From the NCBI GenBank assembly GCA_965246885.1, contig OZ251992.1, positions 2,272,001 through 2,336,000 on the forward strand: a stretch of 64,000 nt of DNA, in the 5' to 3' direction. This DNA comes from Abditibacterium sp. (GTDB lineage: Bacteria > Armatimonadota > Abditibacteriia > Abditibacteriales > Abditibacteriaceae). Below, one piece after another: positions 9,297-20,151 of the stretch. Made by a program: the position numbers and the translations under genes. Below the pieces are notes generated by a model. It searched no databases. It had not been told where the DNA came from and worked only from the letters and a program-made list of their open reading frames with translations. How positions within the stretch are numbered: position 1 is the stretch's first letter; each line of letters opens with the position of its first letter.

Positions 9297-10589
9297 ATGT
9301 TTGTAGATGAAGCGAATATCGAAGTCAAGGGCGGAGACGGCGGCAATGGCATTGTCGCTTTTCGCCGCGAGAAATACGTGCCGATGGGCGGGCCGTCCGG
9401 GGGCGATGGCGGCAAAGGCGGCGACGTAATACTCAAAGCCGACGCGCATCGTAAAACGCTGCTGGAGTTGTCCCGCGTGCGACACCATCGAGGCGGGCGC
9501 GGGCGGCACGGACAGGGCAGTCGGCGCAAGGGAAGCGATGGCGACGAGGTAGTTATTCCCGTGCCGCCCGGCACGCAGGTCTTCGACCAACTGACGGGGC
9601 AACTGCTCGCTGACCTGCTTGTGGACGGTCAAGAGTTCGTCGCGTCCCCCGGCGGCGCGGGCGGGCGCGGCAACACGCACTTTTCAACCAGTTCGCGCCA
9701 AGCCCCCGGCTTTGCCGAGATGGGCGCCAAAGGCGAAGAGAAGCTGCTCAAACTGTCGCTCAAATTGCTGGCCGATGTCGCCTTGATTGGCCTGCCCAAC
9801 GCCGGGAAGTCTACGCTGATTTCGGCCATCTCCGCTGCCAAGCCCAAGATTGCCGACTACCCTTTCACGACGCTCACGCCCAATCTGGGCGTCGTGCGTT
9901 TGGATAACGCGCGCACCTTTGTCGCGGCGGACATTCCCGGCCTCATTCGGGGCGCGCACAAAGGGCAGGGCTTGGGCCACCAATTCTTGAAGCATATCGA
10001 GCGTGCGCCCGTCTTTATTCACTTGGTAGACCCGCTCGCGCCGCACGCGTACCGCAATTTCCTGAGCATTAACCGCGAATTGAAGATGTGGAATCCGCAG
10101 CTTTTGGAGCGCCCGCAGTTGGTCGCGCTCACGAAACTGGACATCGTGGATGACGAAACACGGCCCATCGTCGAAGCGGTCAAAGCGCGCATCGAGGGCT
10201 TGGGCGCCGAGGTGTTCCCCATCTCGTCCGCGACAGGAGAAGGGCTGGATGAACTGGTGTGGCGCGCGTGGGACTTCGTGGCCTTGGAAATTCAGCGCCG
10301 CTTGGAGGAGCCGCAACAAGCGCCAATTGTCGTTACCCGCGTCGAAACCGATGCGCCCTTGGGCATCAAGGAAATCGCGCGCTACGCCGACGGCATGAGC
10401 GAGTGGGAAGTCGAGGGCGGCCCGCTCACGCGCATGACCGCGCGCTTCGACATGAAAAACAACGAAGCCCTGCTGTACATGCACCGCGTGTTGGAGCGCG
10501 GCGGCGTTCTCGAAGAACTCCGCAAGCACGGCGTTAAGTACGGCGACTTAGTGCATGTGGGGGACTTGGCCTTCGAGTTCGGGGAGTAA
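9297..10589 (+). CDS. obgE: GTPase Obg with C-terminal extension
   Basis: MFVDE, GGPSGGDGG, GLPNAGKST, DYPFTT, DIPG, TKLD. Confidence 0.97.
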   Translation: MFVDEANIEVKGGDGGNGIVAFRREKYVPMGGPSGGDGGKGGDVILKADAHRKTLLELSRVRHHRGGRGRHGQGSRRKGSDGDEVVIPVPPGTQVFDQLTGQLLADLLVDGQEFVASPGGAGGRGNTHFSTSSRQAPGFAEMGAKGEEKLLKLSLKLLADVALIGLPNAGKSTLISAISAAKPKIADYPFTTLTPNLGVVRLDNARTFVAADIPGLIRGAHKGQGLGHQFLKHIERAPVFIHLVDPLAPHAYRNFLSINRELKMWNPQLLERPQLVALTKLDIVDDETRPIVEAVKARIEGLGAEVFPISSATGEGLDELVWRAWDFVALEIQRRLEEPQQAPIVVTRVETDAPLGIKEIARYADGMSEWEVEGGPLTRMTARFDMKNNEALLYMHRVLERGGVLEELRKHGVKYGDLVHVGDLAFEFGE

Positions 10590-10610
10590 AGGAGAAATTA
10601 GAAGCGAGAC

Positions 10611-11687
10611 ATGAAGACGCTCATTCTTAAAATTGGCACTTCGACACTTGTGCGGGAGGGCGCGGTGGATGAAGACTTTTTGCGCGCGGTTGCACGACAG
10701 ATTGCCCTGTTGCGCGCCGAAGGCTGGCAGGTTGTGGTGGTGTCATCGGGCGCGGTGCGAGCGGGTTTGAACGTGCTTGGGCGCGAGCGGGCAGCGAACT
10801 TGGCCGAGAAGCAGGCGGCGGCGGCAGTGGGGCAATCCTTGTTAATGCGCGCGTACGAGTCCGCTTTCGCTGGCGAGGGGTTAGTCGTCGCCCAGATGCT
10901 CCTTACACGCGCCGACCTGAGCGAGCGGCGCCGCTTCCTTAATGCGCGGCACACCGCCGAGCAACTGCTTTTGTGGGGCGTGGTGCCGGTTATCAACGAG
11001 AACGATTCGGTCTCGACCGAGGAGATTCGCGTGGGCGATAACGACACCCTCGCGGCGCTATCGGGGCTTGTGGTGGGCGCCGATTTAGTGCTTTTGCTGT
11101 CCGATGTGGATGGTTTTTACCTTCCGGGAAGTGCGGCGCCGGAAGAGGTAATCGAATCTATCACTCCGGCAATCGAGGCGGCGGCAGGCGGGGCCGGGTC
11201 AATCGGCGGCACGGGCGGGATGAAGACGAAATTAGACGCGGCGCGCATCGCCACACGCGCCGGAGCCGAGATGGTCATCGCGCAAGGCCGCGCCCCGGAC
11301 ATCGTGCTCCGCGTCGCGCGCGGGGAAGCGGTCGGCACGCGCTTCCTCTTCTCGCCCGAAGGCCGCTTGAGTGCGCGCAAGTCGTGGCTGGCGCATGGGC
11401 GGCGCGTCGAGGGCACCCTGTTCCTGAACCCTTGCGCGCGCGCCGCATTGGAAGAGCGCGGTTCATCGCTGTTGCCCGTTGGCATCGAGCGCGTCCAAGG
11501 GGAGTTTGGCGTCGGCGCCCTCGTGGGGGTCTGCGACGAACGCGGCGACATTGGGCGCGGCGTGACGCGGTTTTCCTCAGACGAACTGCGCGCCATCGTT
11601 GGAAAGAAGTCGGGCGAACTGAGCGCCATCTTGGGCCGCGAGGTCGCGCCCGAAGCCATCCACCGCGATGAGTTTTCTTTGGGGTAA
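10611..11687 (+). CDS. proB: Glutamate 5-kinase with PUA domain
   Basis: [42 protein letters not shown]. Confidence 0.96.
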   Translation: MKTLILKIGTSTLVREGAVDEDFLRAVARQIALLRAEGWQVVVVSSGAVRAGLNVLGRERAANLAEKQAAAAVGQSLLMRAYESAFAGEGLVVAQMLLTRADLSERRRFLNARHTAEQLLLWGVVPVINENDSVSTEEIRVGDNDTLAALSGLVVGADLVLLLSDVDGFYLPGSAAPEEVIESITPAIEAAAGGAGSIGGTGGMKTKLDAARIATRAGAEMVIAQGRAPDIVLRVARGEAVGTRFLFSPEGRLSARKSWLAHGRRVEGTLFLNPCARAALEERGSSLLPVGIERVQGEFGVGALVGVCDERGDIGRGVTRFSSDELRAIVGKKSGELSAILGREVAPEAIHRDEFSLG

Positions 11688-11730
11688 ATTCCCAACGGCT
11701 CGCGCTTGCCATTGTTCGTCAGTAGGGGCT

Positions 11731-12477
11731 ATGACTTCTTCCCCGCGCCCCGCGTTCTCCCTGCTGGAGTTGCTGGTCGTTGTCGCCATCCTTGCTATTC
11801 TCGCGGCCATCCTGTTTCCCGCTTTTGCCCTGTCGCGCGAGAACGCGCGGCGCAGTTCGTGCCAATCGAACGAGAAGCAGATTGGCCTCGGCCTTCTCCA
11901 ATACATCGGCGACTCCGACGAAACCATGCCCTTCTCCTTTTACGGGACGTCGGGCAATTCCAATCCGCCCGGCACCTCGCCCGCCAATTACAAATGGATG
12001 GACGCCATCTTCCCGTACGTCAAGGCGGAGCCAGTGTTCAACTGCCCGTCCGACTCGGCGGCCAACCGCTACCGCTTCCGGAACGGGTTGAACTATGGCT
12101 CCTATGGACTCAACGGCGCCTATGGCGCACCGGGCGATGCCTTCACCCCACCGCGTTCGTCGGCGGCTTACTTGGTCTCGATGGCCTCGGTAGTTGTTCC
12201 CTCCGCGACGGTATGGGTCACGGACAACAACAACTCGCCTTCGGCGTTTAATCCCGGCGGCTCGCAAGGCTTCTACTGGCCTACGCCCGCCGCCAACCCA
12301 ACCACTTCCGCGACCTCGCCGCGCCAATTGCAAAACATCGTGGAAAGACACCTCGAAACGGTCAACACCCTCTTCTGTGATGGGCACGTCAAGGCGATGA
12401 AACTGGATGCGCTCGCCAAAACCAAAACCATCGGGACGGCTCAGGTGATGACGCTGTTTACCATTGAGGATGATTAG
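11731..12477 (+). CDS. Prepilin-type N-terminal cleavage / DUF1559 (H-X9-DG) protein
   Basis: [56 protein letters not shown]. Confidence 0.9.
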   Translation: MTSSPRPAFSLLELLVVVAILAILAAILFPAFALSRENARRSSCQSNEKQIGLGLLQYIGDSDETMPFSFYGTSGNSNPPGTSPANYKWMDAIFPYVKAEPVFNCPSDSAANRYRFRNGLNYGSYGLNGAYGAPGDAFTPPRSSAAYLVSMASVVVPSATVWVTDNNNSPSAFNPGGSQGFYWPTPAANPTTSATSPRQLQNIVERHLETVNTLFCDGHVKAMKLDALAKTKTIGTAQVMTLFTIEDD

Positions 12478-12548
12478 GCTCCAAATTTATTTTGAACCCG
12501 ACCCCTTGCCTGCGCGTCGCGGCTTAAGATTTGAAACTCCGCACTTCC

Positions 12549-13121
12549 ATGAAACGCCTCTTTCCATCAGTCGCCGCCCTCCTTGCTTTGGCAACAGCAG
12601 CCTGCGCCCAAACGGTTTCCCGCTCTTATACCACCACCGACGTCTACGGTAACACGACGACCACCACGATCCAAGCCCCCGCCAGCGTTGCGGGACTTAT
12701 TGCCGGCCAGACCATCTACGGCGGCTTCCCGAACTACGCGAACGGCATCCCATCTTACGATAATTCCTACTGTGCGCCGCAGACCTATGGCGGCTATGGG
12801 GGTGGCTACGCGGGCTACGATTTTCCGCCCTCCGCGCCGTATGGCTACGTCTACCCGCCGCAAACCTACTACGTTCCGAGCCAGACGTTTTACCTGCCTC
12901 ATCCTACTGTCGGCCCCTTCGCGCCGCCCTCCTTCACTTCCATTCCGCAAATCATCACCACGCCCGGTGTGCCCTACTACCCTTATAATGGCTATGGCTG
13001 TCCCGCGCCGGGATATGGTTACGGCTACGGGAGCCGCACCACGATCTCCAACGGCAACGCCTCGTTCTCGCGCGGAGGTATGAGCGTCTCCATCGGAGGA
13101 ACTTCGATTCAACGCCGCTAA
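12549..13121 (+). CDS. Secreted Tyr/Pro/Gly-rich low-complexity protein
   Basis: Signal peptide MKRLFPSVAALLALATAACA; followed by a terminator. Confidence 0.7.
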   Translation: MKRLFPSVAALLALATAACAQTVSRSYTTTDVYGNTTTTTIQAPASVAGLIAGQTIYGGFPNYANGIPSYDNSYCAPQTYGGYGGGYAGYDFPPSAPYGYVYPPQTYYVPSQTFYLPHPTVGPFAPPSFTSIPQIITTPGVPYYPYNGYGCPAPGYGYGYGSRTTISNGNASFSRGGMSVSIGGTSIQRR

Positions 13122-13136
13122 CATCACCAGACACAG

Positions 13137-13169
13137 AAACAGCCGCTTCCTTTGGGAAGCGGCTGTTTT
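13137..13169. terminator. Probable bidirectional intrinsic terminator
   Basis: aaacagccgcttcc-tttg-ggaagcggctgtttt between convergent genes. Confidence 0.8.
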
Positions 13170-13181
13170 GCTTGTGTGCGC

Positions 13182-13907
13182 TTAAGTCGAAAGATACGCC
13201 TTATCGCCTACGACTTTCAATGATCGGAAGGGCGGGTTGAACGGCACGGTCGAGTAGTTCACGACGGGATTAATGCGGCTGGACAATTGGTTCTTCACGA
13301 ACCCCGGCGCTTCCACGCCGCGCAGTTGCATCGAAAGAATGTCGAGATAGACATTATGGTCTGCCGTCTGCCGAAGTTTCGCCACGCCGGAAATGGGGCC
13401 GTTGATGAACGGGAAGTTGAGCACGCCGGTGACCCGCATCCTGTCTCCAACATATTTCACCCGCAGCTTCATGTCTTTAGTGCTTTTGCCCGCCGCAAGC
13501 ATTTTGGTGAGGTCGTTCTCAGAGATGACGACGCGCATCTGGGTGTTCGCGCGCAGTGTTTTCACTTTGCCGATGCTATACAAAGCGGGCACGTCCACCT
13601 GCACGTTCTGCGAGTGCAACTGGAACTGCGACACGAACAGCGACTTAAGCCGAGTCGCACCGCCCGCGATTTTCACGTCGGAGAAGTAACCCTGCGAGGC
13701 GCGGGCAGTAGGGGATAGATGAATAGCCAACGGCCTACCGTCTTGGCTTTTAATGACGCCGCGTAGCAACTGCTCGACGCGGTTGGTCACTCGCTGCCCG
13801 TTTGCGTCGGGCCTAATCGGAGGGGCCGCTTGGGTAGAAAAAGTCGAGACCAGCGAAGCGCCCACGATAAAGGCTATGGCTCCGCGCGAGAACAAGGAAG
13901 TTCGCAT
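13182..13907 (-). CDS. Secreted LmeA/DUF2993-like protein
   Basis: Signal peptide ending TQA; VVISENDLTKML and INPVV motifs resembling DUF2993. Confidence 0.6.
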   Translation of the reverse strand: MRTSLFSRGAIAFIVGASLVSTFSTQAAPPIRPDANGQRVTNRVEQLLRGVIKSQDGRPLAIHLSPTARASQGYFSDVKIAGGATRLKSLFVSQFQLHSQNVQVDVPALYSIGKVKTLRANTQMRVVISENDLTKMLAAGKSTKDMKLRVKYVGDRMRVTGVLNFPFINGPISGVAKLRQTADHNVYLDILSMQLRGVEAPGFVKNQLSSRINPVVNYSTVPFNPPFRSLKVVGDKAYLST

Positions 13908-14047
13908 GGCCCTCTCGACGCACCGCGCGCCGATGCGCTCACGGAAAATTGTAACTGAGGTGCGCACGCTCTGGAAAATCTTAGCGATGCTAAAAACGCA
14001 AGGGCCGCGCTGGACGATTTCAAGCGCGACCCCTTCGTTCTCCAGAG

Positions 14048-15133
14048 TTACGCGTGCAAGTAGCTGTCGCGCACCGACGAGTAACCCGTCATGTCGCGGT
14101 AAGAAACCGAATTGCGTAAGCGCACACCTAATTCAGTTCCCGCCGCCAAGCGCGCATCCGACACGCGGCCCTTGTTCTTCGAGCGGTCATACAAATACCC
14201 GCCCGCCGCGCCAAGCACCGCCGAAAGTGTGGAATTCTGCTTGAGCACTTTGCCCAACAAAAAGCCCGCGCCCGCACCAATGCCGACCACTTTCAGGGTG
14301 TCGCTGCTTTTTTTGACGTTGCCCTTGGCGACGACGCGACCACTGGCGACTTGCTGCACCGAGTCGTTATCCAAGCCAATCAGCGTGCCATCGAGAGCAA
14401 CGGCTTGGTTGCCGGGCAAAATCGCGCGGCTCCAGCGCAGATCGAGCGTACCGGGGTTATTGCCGTCCTTGGGCGAAACGGCGACGACTTCGCCGGTCAG
14501 CTTCGTGCCAGAGGGAAACTCGGAGTCACCGTTTTGCTCAGAGACAACGGTAGCGGAGATGGGTTGGCCGACAGTTGCTGTTGCAGAGGAGATATCTTGG
14601 TCGAGCTTGACCTTCACAACCGCGTCAGCAGGAACCGAAATTTGTGAGATGCCTCCGATTTGCGTGCCGCTAACGCCGTTAGAGGTGAGTTTTGTGCCTT
14701 GCCCGACAATGGCGACGAGGTTCTGGGGGGCGCTGTAGTTGACCGAGGCGCCCAGCGCTTCAGACACAAAGCGGAGCGGAACATAGGTGCGCCCGCCAAA
14801 GGTGCTGGCGGCGGAAGACAGCGTGACGGGCACGTTGTTGACGCTCGCGCGCTTAGAGCCAAGGGTCATGCGCACAACCGTCGTGCCGCGTTGCGCCGCG
14901 ATTTCACGCGACAGGTCGTTGTAGTTGACCGACGCGCCCAGCGACTCGAAGATGTCGCGCATCGGCACTAACACGCGCCCGTTCTGCGTGTAAGCGCCCG
15001 ATTCGGTGCGCAGAACTTGCCCGTTGACCGTAATTTGTGGGGCTGGCCCGCTTTGCGCGTGGGCGGAAACGCCCAAACCTGCGCTGGTTGCCAAAAGGAG
15101 AAGGCCCGTCGTGGCCAGAGTGTGCTTTTTCAT
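14048..15133 (-). CDS. Secreted protein with copper amine oxidase N-terminal (stalk) domain and a beta-rich/glycine-zipper C-terminus
   Basis: Signal peptide ending AHA; GRVLVPMRDIFESLGA and GRTYVPLRFVSEALGA; GAGAG..GAAGG. Confidence 0.85.
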   Translation of the reverse strand: MKKHTLATTGLLLLATSAGLGVSAHAQSGPAPQITVNGQVLRTESGAYTQNGRVLVPMRDIFESLGASVNYNDLSREIAAQRGTTVVRMTLGSKRASVNNVPVTLSSAASTFGGRTYVPLRFVSEALGASVNYSAPQNLVAIVGQGTKLTSNGVSGTQIGGISQISVPADAVVKVKLDQDISSATATVGQPISATVVSEQNGDSEFPSGTKLTGEVVAVSPKDGNNPGTLDLRWSRAILPGNQAVALDGTLIGLDNDSVQQVASGRVVAKGNVKKSSDTLKVVGIGAGAGFLLGKVLKQNSTLSAVLGAAGGYLYDRSKNKGRVSDARLAAGTELGVRLRNSVSYRDMTGYSSVRDSYLHA

Positions 15134-15208
15134 AGTGTCATCGCTCACCGCTCCGGGTGAACAGCGAACTACGACGGGGGTGGAGGCAATTTGTTCGCCG
15201 CTTCTTAC

Positions 15209-15931
15209 TTAATCGTCTTGGATTGTGGCCATTGGCAGCACGCCACTCGCGTTGGGCTTGTTGAGCACGTCTAATTTGATCGACTTAACGTGTCCATCCA
15301 AGAAAAGCACGCCGACAGTATCAAGGTGGCGGGGGACTAAGCGTTCGACGTAAGGGCTGGGGGTAGCGGGATTAAGGACTTGGCAATAAAAGCCGCCGTC
15401 GCCATCGAGAACCCACGCCGTCGTTGAGGGTGCGGCGGCGCGCGACAGGCCAACTAAGTCATTAGAAAGTGGGTGCGAGACGGGTGGGGTGCGGTCAGGT
15501 TGTCCCGGCCCGTAGCCGTGCATGATGATATAAGAGCCGAAGTCGTCGGTGTCGGCAGTCGGCAGGGTGTGGAACTCGTGCCAAGGGTTGGCCGCCTTGC
15601 CGGTCGCCGAGGGGCAAGTAAAGATTTGCTCGCTCTTGGTGTAGGGGAAGATGGCGTCCGTCCATTTGTAGCGCGCGTTGGGCGTCGAGGCGCGCTGAGT
15701 GGTGAGGGTGGAAGGGTTGGGAAAGGTGACGAACCAGTCTGGGCACAAAATCTCGTCGTAGTCCTGCGTGTATTGGATGAGGCCCATGCCGATTTGTTTG
15801 AGGTTGGACTGACAGGCGGCGCGGCGGGCGTTTTCGCGGGCGCGGCTAAACGCGGGGAACAGGATTCCCGACAAAATGGCGATGATGGCGACGACGACCA
15901 GCACTTCCAGCAACGTGAACGCGCGTTTCAT
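15209..15931 (-). CDS. Prepilin-type N-terminal cleavage / DUF1559 (H-X9-DG) protein
   Basis: [48 protein letters not shown]. Confidence 0.9.
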   Translation of the reverse strand: MKRAFTLLEVLVVVAIIAILSGILFPAFSRARENARRAACQSNLKQIGMGLIQYTQDYDEILCPDWFVTFPNPSTLTTQRASTPNARYKWTDAIFPYTKSEQIFTCPSATGKAANPWHEFHTLPTADTDDFGSYIIMHGYGPGQPDRTPPVSHPLSNDLVGLSRAAAPSTTAWVLDGDGGFYCQVLNPATPSPYVERLVPRHLDTVGVLFLDGHVKSIKLDVLNKPNASGVLPMATIQDD

Positions 15932-16001
15932 AAGACCGAATAAACCAAGGAGAACGCGCTTTGTGACGCCTTAGCCGCGCGCTCGCCCCAAAGTATTCCT
16001 T

Positions 16002-16670
16002 CTACTTGTGTCGCGTAACGCCAGTTTGCGGGCACATCGGCAAAAGCGGACACGTCGAACAGCGCGGCAAATCGCCCTGACACACGTGCTTGCCAAACGG
16101 CACCAAGAGGCGGTTTATTTCCACCCACTTGTCGCGTGGCAGCTTTCCTTCGAGCGCGGTCATGGTCTTTTCAGGCGTTTTGGTTTGGACGTAGCCCCAC
16201 CTGTTACTCGCGCGGTGGACGTGGACATCCACGCCGATGAAAGGCAAATCGCACGCGATGCCCAGCGTCAGGTGCGCGCATTTCGGCCCGATGCCGCGCA
16301 TGGAAACCAGCACCGCTTCGTCGCACGGCAACTGTCCGCCGAACTCCTCGACGGTGCGGCGCGCTATCTCCCGTATCTGCGGCGCCTTGGTTTCGTGGTA
16401 GGTGCAGGGCTGAATCAGCGCGTCCACTTCCGCGTCCGATAAAGCGATTATTTCGGCAGGAGTGCGGGCGCGCTCGAAGAGCCGCACCGTTGCGGGAAGC
16501 GCGACTTCGTCGTAGGTGCGAATCGAAAGCAGACACGCGATGAGTTGCTCGAACACCGAAGCGTAGCCGTCCTCCTTGAGTTGAAACAGCGCGGCTTTGG
16601 GAAAGGGCGCGATGGCCGTTTCGACCAAGGGGAATGCGGCCTCGATATCGAATGGGAGTTTGTCGGGCAT
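16002..16670 (-). CDS. nth: Endonuclease III
   Basis: HhH RGIGPKCA, VDVHVHR, C-X6-C-X2-C-X5-C 4Fe-4S motif. Confidence 0.9.
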   Translation of the reverse strand: MPDKLPFDIEAAFPLVETAIAPFPKAALFQLKEDGYASVFEQLIACLLSIRTYDEVALPATVRLFERARTPAEIIALSDAEVDALIQPCTYHETKAPQIREIARRTVEEFGGQLPCDEAVLVSMRGIGPKCAHLTLGIACDLPFIGVDVHVHRASNRWGYVQTKTPEKTMTALEGKLPRDKWVEINRLLVPFGKHVCQGDLPRCSTCPLLPMCPQTGVTRHK

Positions 16671-16675
16671 GGCGT

Positions 16676-17821
16676 TTACTCCGCGTTACGGGCGCGCTTG
16701 CGGAGCATCCACAAGATCACCATCCCCGCGCCTGCCACGACGGAAAGCGCGTGTTCCGCGTCCAAGCGGCGCGTATGGAGCAGTTCGGCTTTCTTTTCGG
16801 GCGAAAGTTCCGGCTTGGCGGGCACCCCGGTTTTAGCGGCGCCGCTCGCGCTTCCGCGTTGAATGGCGGCGGGCGGGGACGGCGCAACTTTGACCCCGGC
16901 GGCGCGCGCTTCGGGTGAATCAACGGCAACGGCGTGCGGGCTGGGCGCGATTTTGGAGCCGAGCGTGTTGGCGTAGGCTTTGGTGAACTCGGCGCCCACG
17001 AACAGGATAGTCGCGGCGTAGTTCACCCACAAAAGCAGCACGACCAACGCGCCCGCCGAGCCGTAGGGCGAAGCCACCCCCTCGCGCCCCAGATACAGCC
17101 CCAGCGCCCAGCGTCCAACCGAAAACAAAACGCCCGTCACAAGGGCGCCAACTTCGACATCGCGCCACTGCAAATCGGCGTCAGGCAAGACTTTGAAGAT
17201 AGCGCCAAACAGCAGCGTCGAAACCAGCAGGCCGATGACGAAGTTGAGAATCCACGCCAACGCCGCCGAATGGCCGAACACTCCGCTCGCCGCGTTCGAG
17301 GCCGCCGACAAAACGGTTGACAGCACAAGCGATACCAGCAGCAGGAACCCGACGCCCAGCACCATTGCGAACGACACGAAGCGCGTGCGCACGAAGTTCA
17401 TCAGCCCTTCAGTCGGCTTGGGCACGACCCCCCAGATATTGTTGAGCGAGTCTTGTAGCGCGCCGAACAACCCGCTCGCACCCCACAACGCGATGCCAAG
17501 TGCAATCACCGTCGCCCAAATCGGCTTAGAAGAACTGGCGCCGTTGTTGGTGGCGCTTTTGATCATGGTTTGAATTGCGTCGGCGGCGACCGGCCCGACG
17601 TTTTGGACAATCTGCTCCTTGATAGCGTTGCCTGCTTGGGCGGCGTTGCCGAAATAAAGCGCGAGCGCCGAAATCAGCACCACCAAAAGCGGCGACAGCG
17701 AGAAGACGGTAAAGTAAGCGAGCGCGGCGGCGTGTCGATAGATGCGGTCTTCGCCAAAAGCGGTCGCGGTCTGCTTTCCGATGTCGATGAAGGAAGCGGT
17801 GGTGAGTTTGGTTCGTGTCAT
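16676..17821 (-). CDS. YihY/virulence factor BrkB family membrane protein
   Basis: [32 protein letters not shown]. Confidence 0.9.
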   Translation of the reverse strand: MTRTKLTTASFIDIGKQTATAFGEDRIYRHAAALAYFTVFSLSPLLVVLISALALYFGNAAQAGNAIKEQIVQNVGPVAADAIQTMIKSATNNGASSSKPIWATVIALGIALWGASGLFGALQDSLNNIWGVVPKPTEGLMNFVRTRFVSFAMVLGVGFLLLVSLVLSTVLSAASNAASGVFGHSAALAWILNFVIGLLVSTLLFGAIFKVLPDADLQWRDVEVGALVTGVLFSVGRWALGLYLGREGVASPYGSAGALVVLLLWVNYAATILFVGAEFTKAYANTLGSKIAPSPHAVAVDSPEARAAGVKVAPSPPAAIQRGSASGAAKTGVPAKPELSPEKKAELLHTRRLDAEHALSVVAGAGMVILWMLRKRARNAE

Positions 17822-17830
17822 AATCCCCAG

Positions 17831-17974
17831 ATGAAAGGCGTCAAGAAAGAAAACCTGCCCTCCAAAGTGTGCCCCGTCTGCGGTCGCCCGTTCACATGGC
17901 GCAAGAAGTGGGAGAAAAACTGGCCCGAAGTCAAATACTGCTCCGACAAATGCCGCGAGAACCGCGCCAAATAA
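17831..17974 (+). CDS. DUF2256 small zinc-ribbon protein (47 aa)
   Basis: [19 protein letters not shown]...VKYCSDKCR. Confidence 0.88.
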   Translation: MKGVKKENLPSKVCPVCGRPFTWRKKWEKNWPEVKYCSDKCRENRAK

Positions 17975-17980
17975 ATCGCC

Positions 17981-18208
17981 GCCACCGCTAATTTGCTCAT
18001 TTACGCCGCCAACTTCCTCTTTTATGACAAAAACTTGGTCGCGTATGACAAAATATCCCTCTGTTACGCCGCCAACTTCGTCGGTTACGCTGTCTACTTC
18101 CTCATTTATGACAAAACGTTCCTCGTTTATGACAAATACTTCCTCCGTTACGCCGTCAACTTCCTAATTTATCCCGCCAACTTCCTGATTTACGACAACT
18201 TCGTTCCA
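17981..18208 (+). repeat. Degenerate 21-nt tandem array, family A copy 1 (about 11 units)
   Basis: Units such as tacgccgccaacttcctcttt / tatgacaaaacgttcctcgtt at exact 21-nt spacing from 18002 to 18191. Confidence 0.92.
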
Positions 18209-18410
18209 TTTTTTCGTCGTAGCCGCGTCGATAGACGCCCCGTCGAAGGCCCCGAAAAACGCGAATTGGATGATGTAGGCAATGGCGCTAAAGGCGGGGC
18301 GACGGCGCGCTTCCCCACCGCCGCCAAGATTTCTCCAAAGCCACTGTTTAAAAGCGCAAACAAATGGGCATACTGAGAGCGCGCCCAGAAGAAGCGGCGC
18401 CATCCCACTG

Positions 18411-20151
18411 ATGAAAAAGTTTCGCAACTCATTCGGCAGACAAAGTTCTGCCCACTCGTTGGGCCGTTGGGCCGTTGGTGTTGTGTGCTGGCGCGCTGAT
18501 GCTGTCGTCTCAGGCGCACGCTGATTGGGCTTACACGGGCCCGACCTACGAAGGAACTTACAATGAATTTGTCGGAGCAAACTCGAGTACTAACAACACT
18601 CGTTCCTCCATCACCGCCGGATATGCAGGCCAAGACCCTGTTCCGTTAGGGGGCGGCCAAGGAACTGGCAATCCCGGCGATACAGTCGGTATTACAACTA
18701 ATGGCCAATGCACGGTTCACCTTCACTACAAGTGGAATGGCCCGGGCACTCCAACGCCGCTAATTGTGCGCGTCGAAGTCACCCCAGCCGCCTCCGCTCG
18801 CTCTCGCGTTAGCGTCACAGACCCTGACTTTCCTGCTACTGAGCATGTCAGCGTGTCAGTCACAGCAGGAGGAACCACGGCCAGCGATCCGAGTGGCACG
18901 CGCGTTGCGTCCTACAAACCCGGTGTCTTGATGACTCGCGCTACAACCAACCTCAAGGCATTAGTCACGCTTTCTTCCGGTGGCCCCGGCTCACCTATCG
19001 ACGTGGACTTACCAATTGGGTATAGTGCCAGCGCCACTCTTGATGGAGGCCGCTTCAAGGCTGTGCCCAACAACCCCAAGGGGCAACCCGTTCTTGGTGA
19101 TGTGGGAGCGGGCTGGATGACGGGGCAGGTCGTGCGAGATAACCGCGCCGTCCAACTCACGCGCAACGTGGGCAACGATTCACATGGCATTCCTTTGGAA
19201 TACATCACTTATTTTGGAGGTGATACGATAACATATGGGGATACGACCTACTCCTATCATTCGCGCTTGACAGGGCTTGAGCCAGCCCCTGATGATGTTT
19301 GGAATCAGCAAACTATCTACGCTACCATAAACGGCGACTGGAGTAAAACTCTCGGACTATACAATGTCACTCGACGGTGGGTTATCCCAACCAATTTTCT
19401 GACCAACGTAACAAGCGAGACTTTGAACAGCTTGAGCGGCCAAACCCGCATGAGTTCGGGCATGGAGAAATTCGCTACAAATTGGGTTGGCGCTCCTGCT
19501 AACGACGAAGATTCAGTGATCAAGTTCTTCGTTCGAGACAACGTGGACGGCGCCCAAAGTGCCCCACGCTATGTCCTACGACTTCATGATCCTGTCGATG
19601 GAGTATCAACGTCTGTAACAGGACTGAACGTGACATGTGGATTTTTGGATGTCAACGGACAGCCTGTGGTCGTTGATCATGCCAACTCCTTAGGCAACCC
19701 GAATCTCAATGGGACTGTTGGCAAAAGTTCTGGATGGTCAATCTCAGGCAGTATTGGAGAGATTGAGGGGTTTAAAAAGCCGTTGGGATTGGACGTTGGC
19801 TATAGCTACTCTACAGACACCGGAACCGAGAAGGCCATCACGTTGGACAAGGTGGCGCAACCCGTTGATCCCAACATGGAGCGTCAAGTGATGATCACCT
19901 ACAAATACAACCGTCATCACTCGTTTTTTGACCGGTGGAATGAGAAAGGCAAAGTGAGGCGGTATGCCTATGCGGGTACACCAACCACCGCCCCGCCAAC
20001 GATGGAAGTTCAGCACGAGGGCTTCAGCGACGAGTATAAGACAAGCTCGCTTTCTTTTGGGATGCAATATGATCCTACACAAGTGGGCACTGCTCCGGCT
20101 TCAACGGTCACACCGCCTCTGCCCCCTGCGGTCTCCACATTCAAATCATGA
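18411..20151 (+). CDS. Large secreted beta-rich hypothetical protein (cassette 1); apparent frameshift in the signal-peptide region
   Basis: Open frame 18475-20151 starts with h-region plus AHA cleavage site; basic n-region MKKFRN..LGRWA starts at ATG 18411 in another frame; lower GC. Confidence 0.7.

Noticed and set aside
17981..18208. 21-nt arrays as CRISPR arrays
   Set aside because: Units are contiguous and degenerate with no unique spacers; no cas genes in the window.
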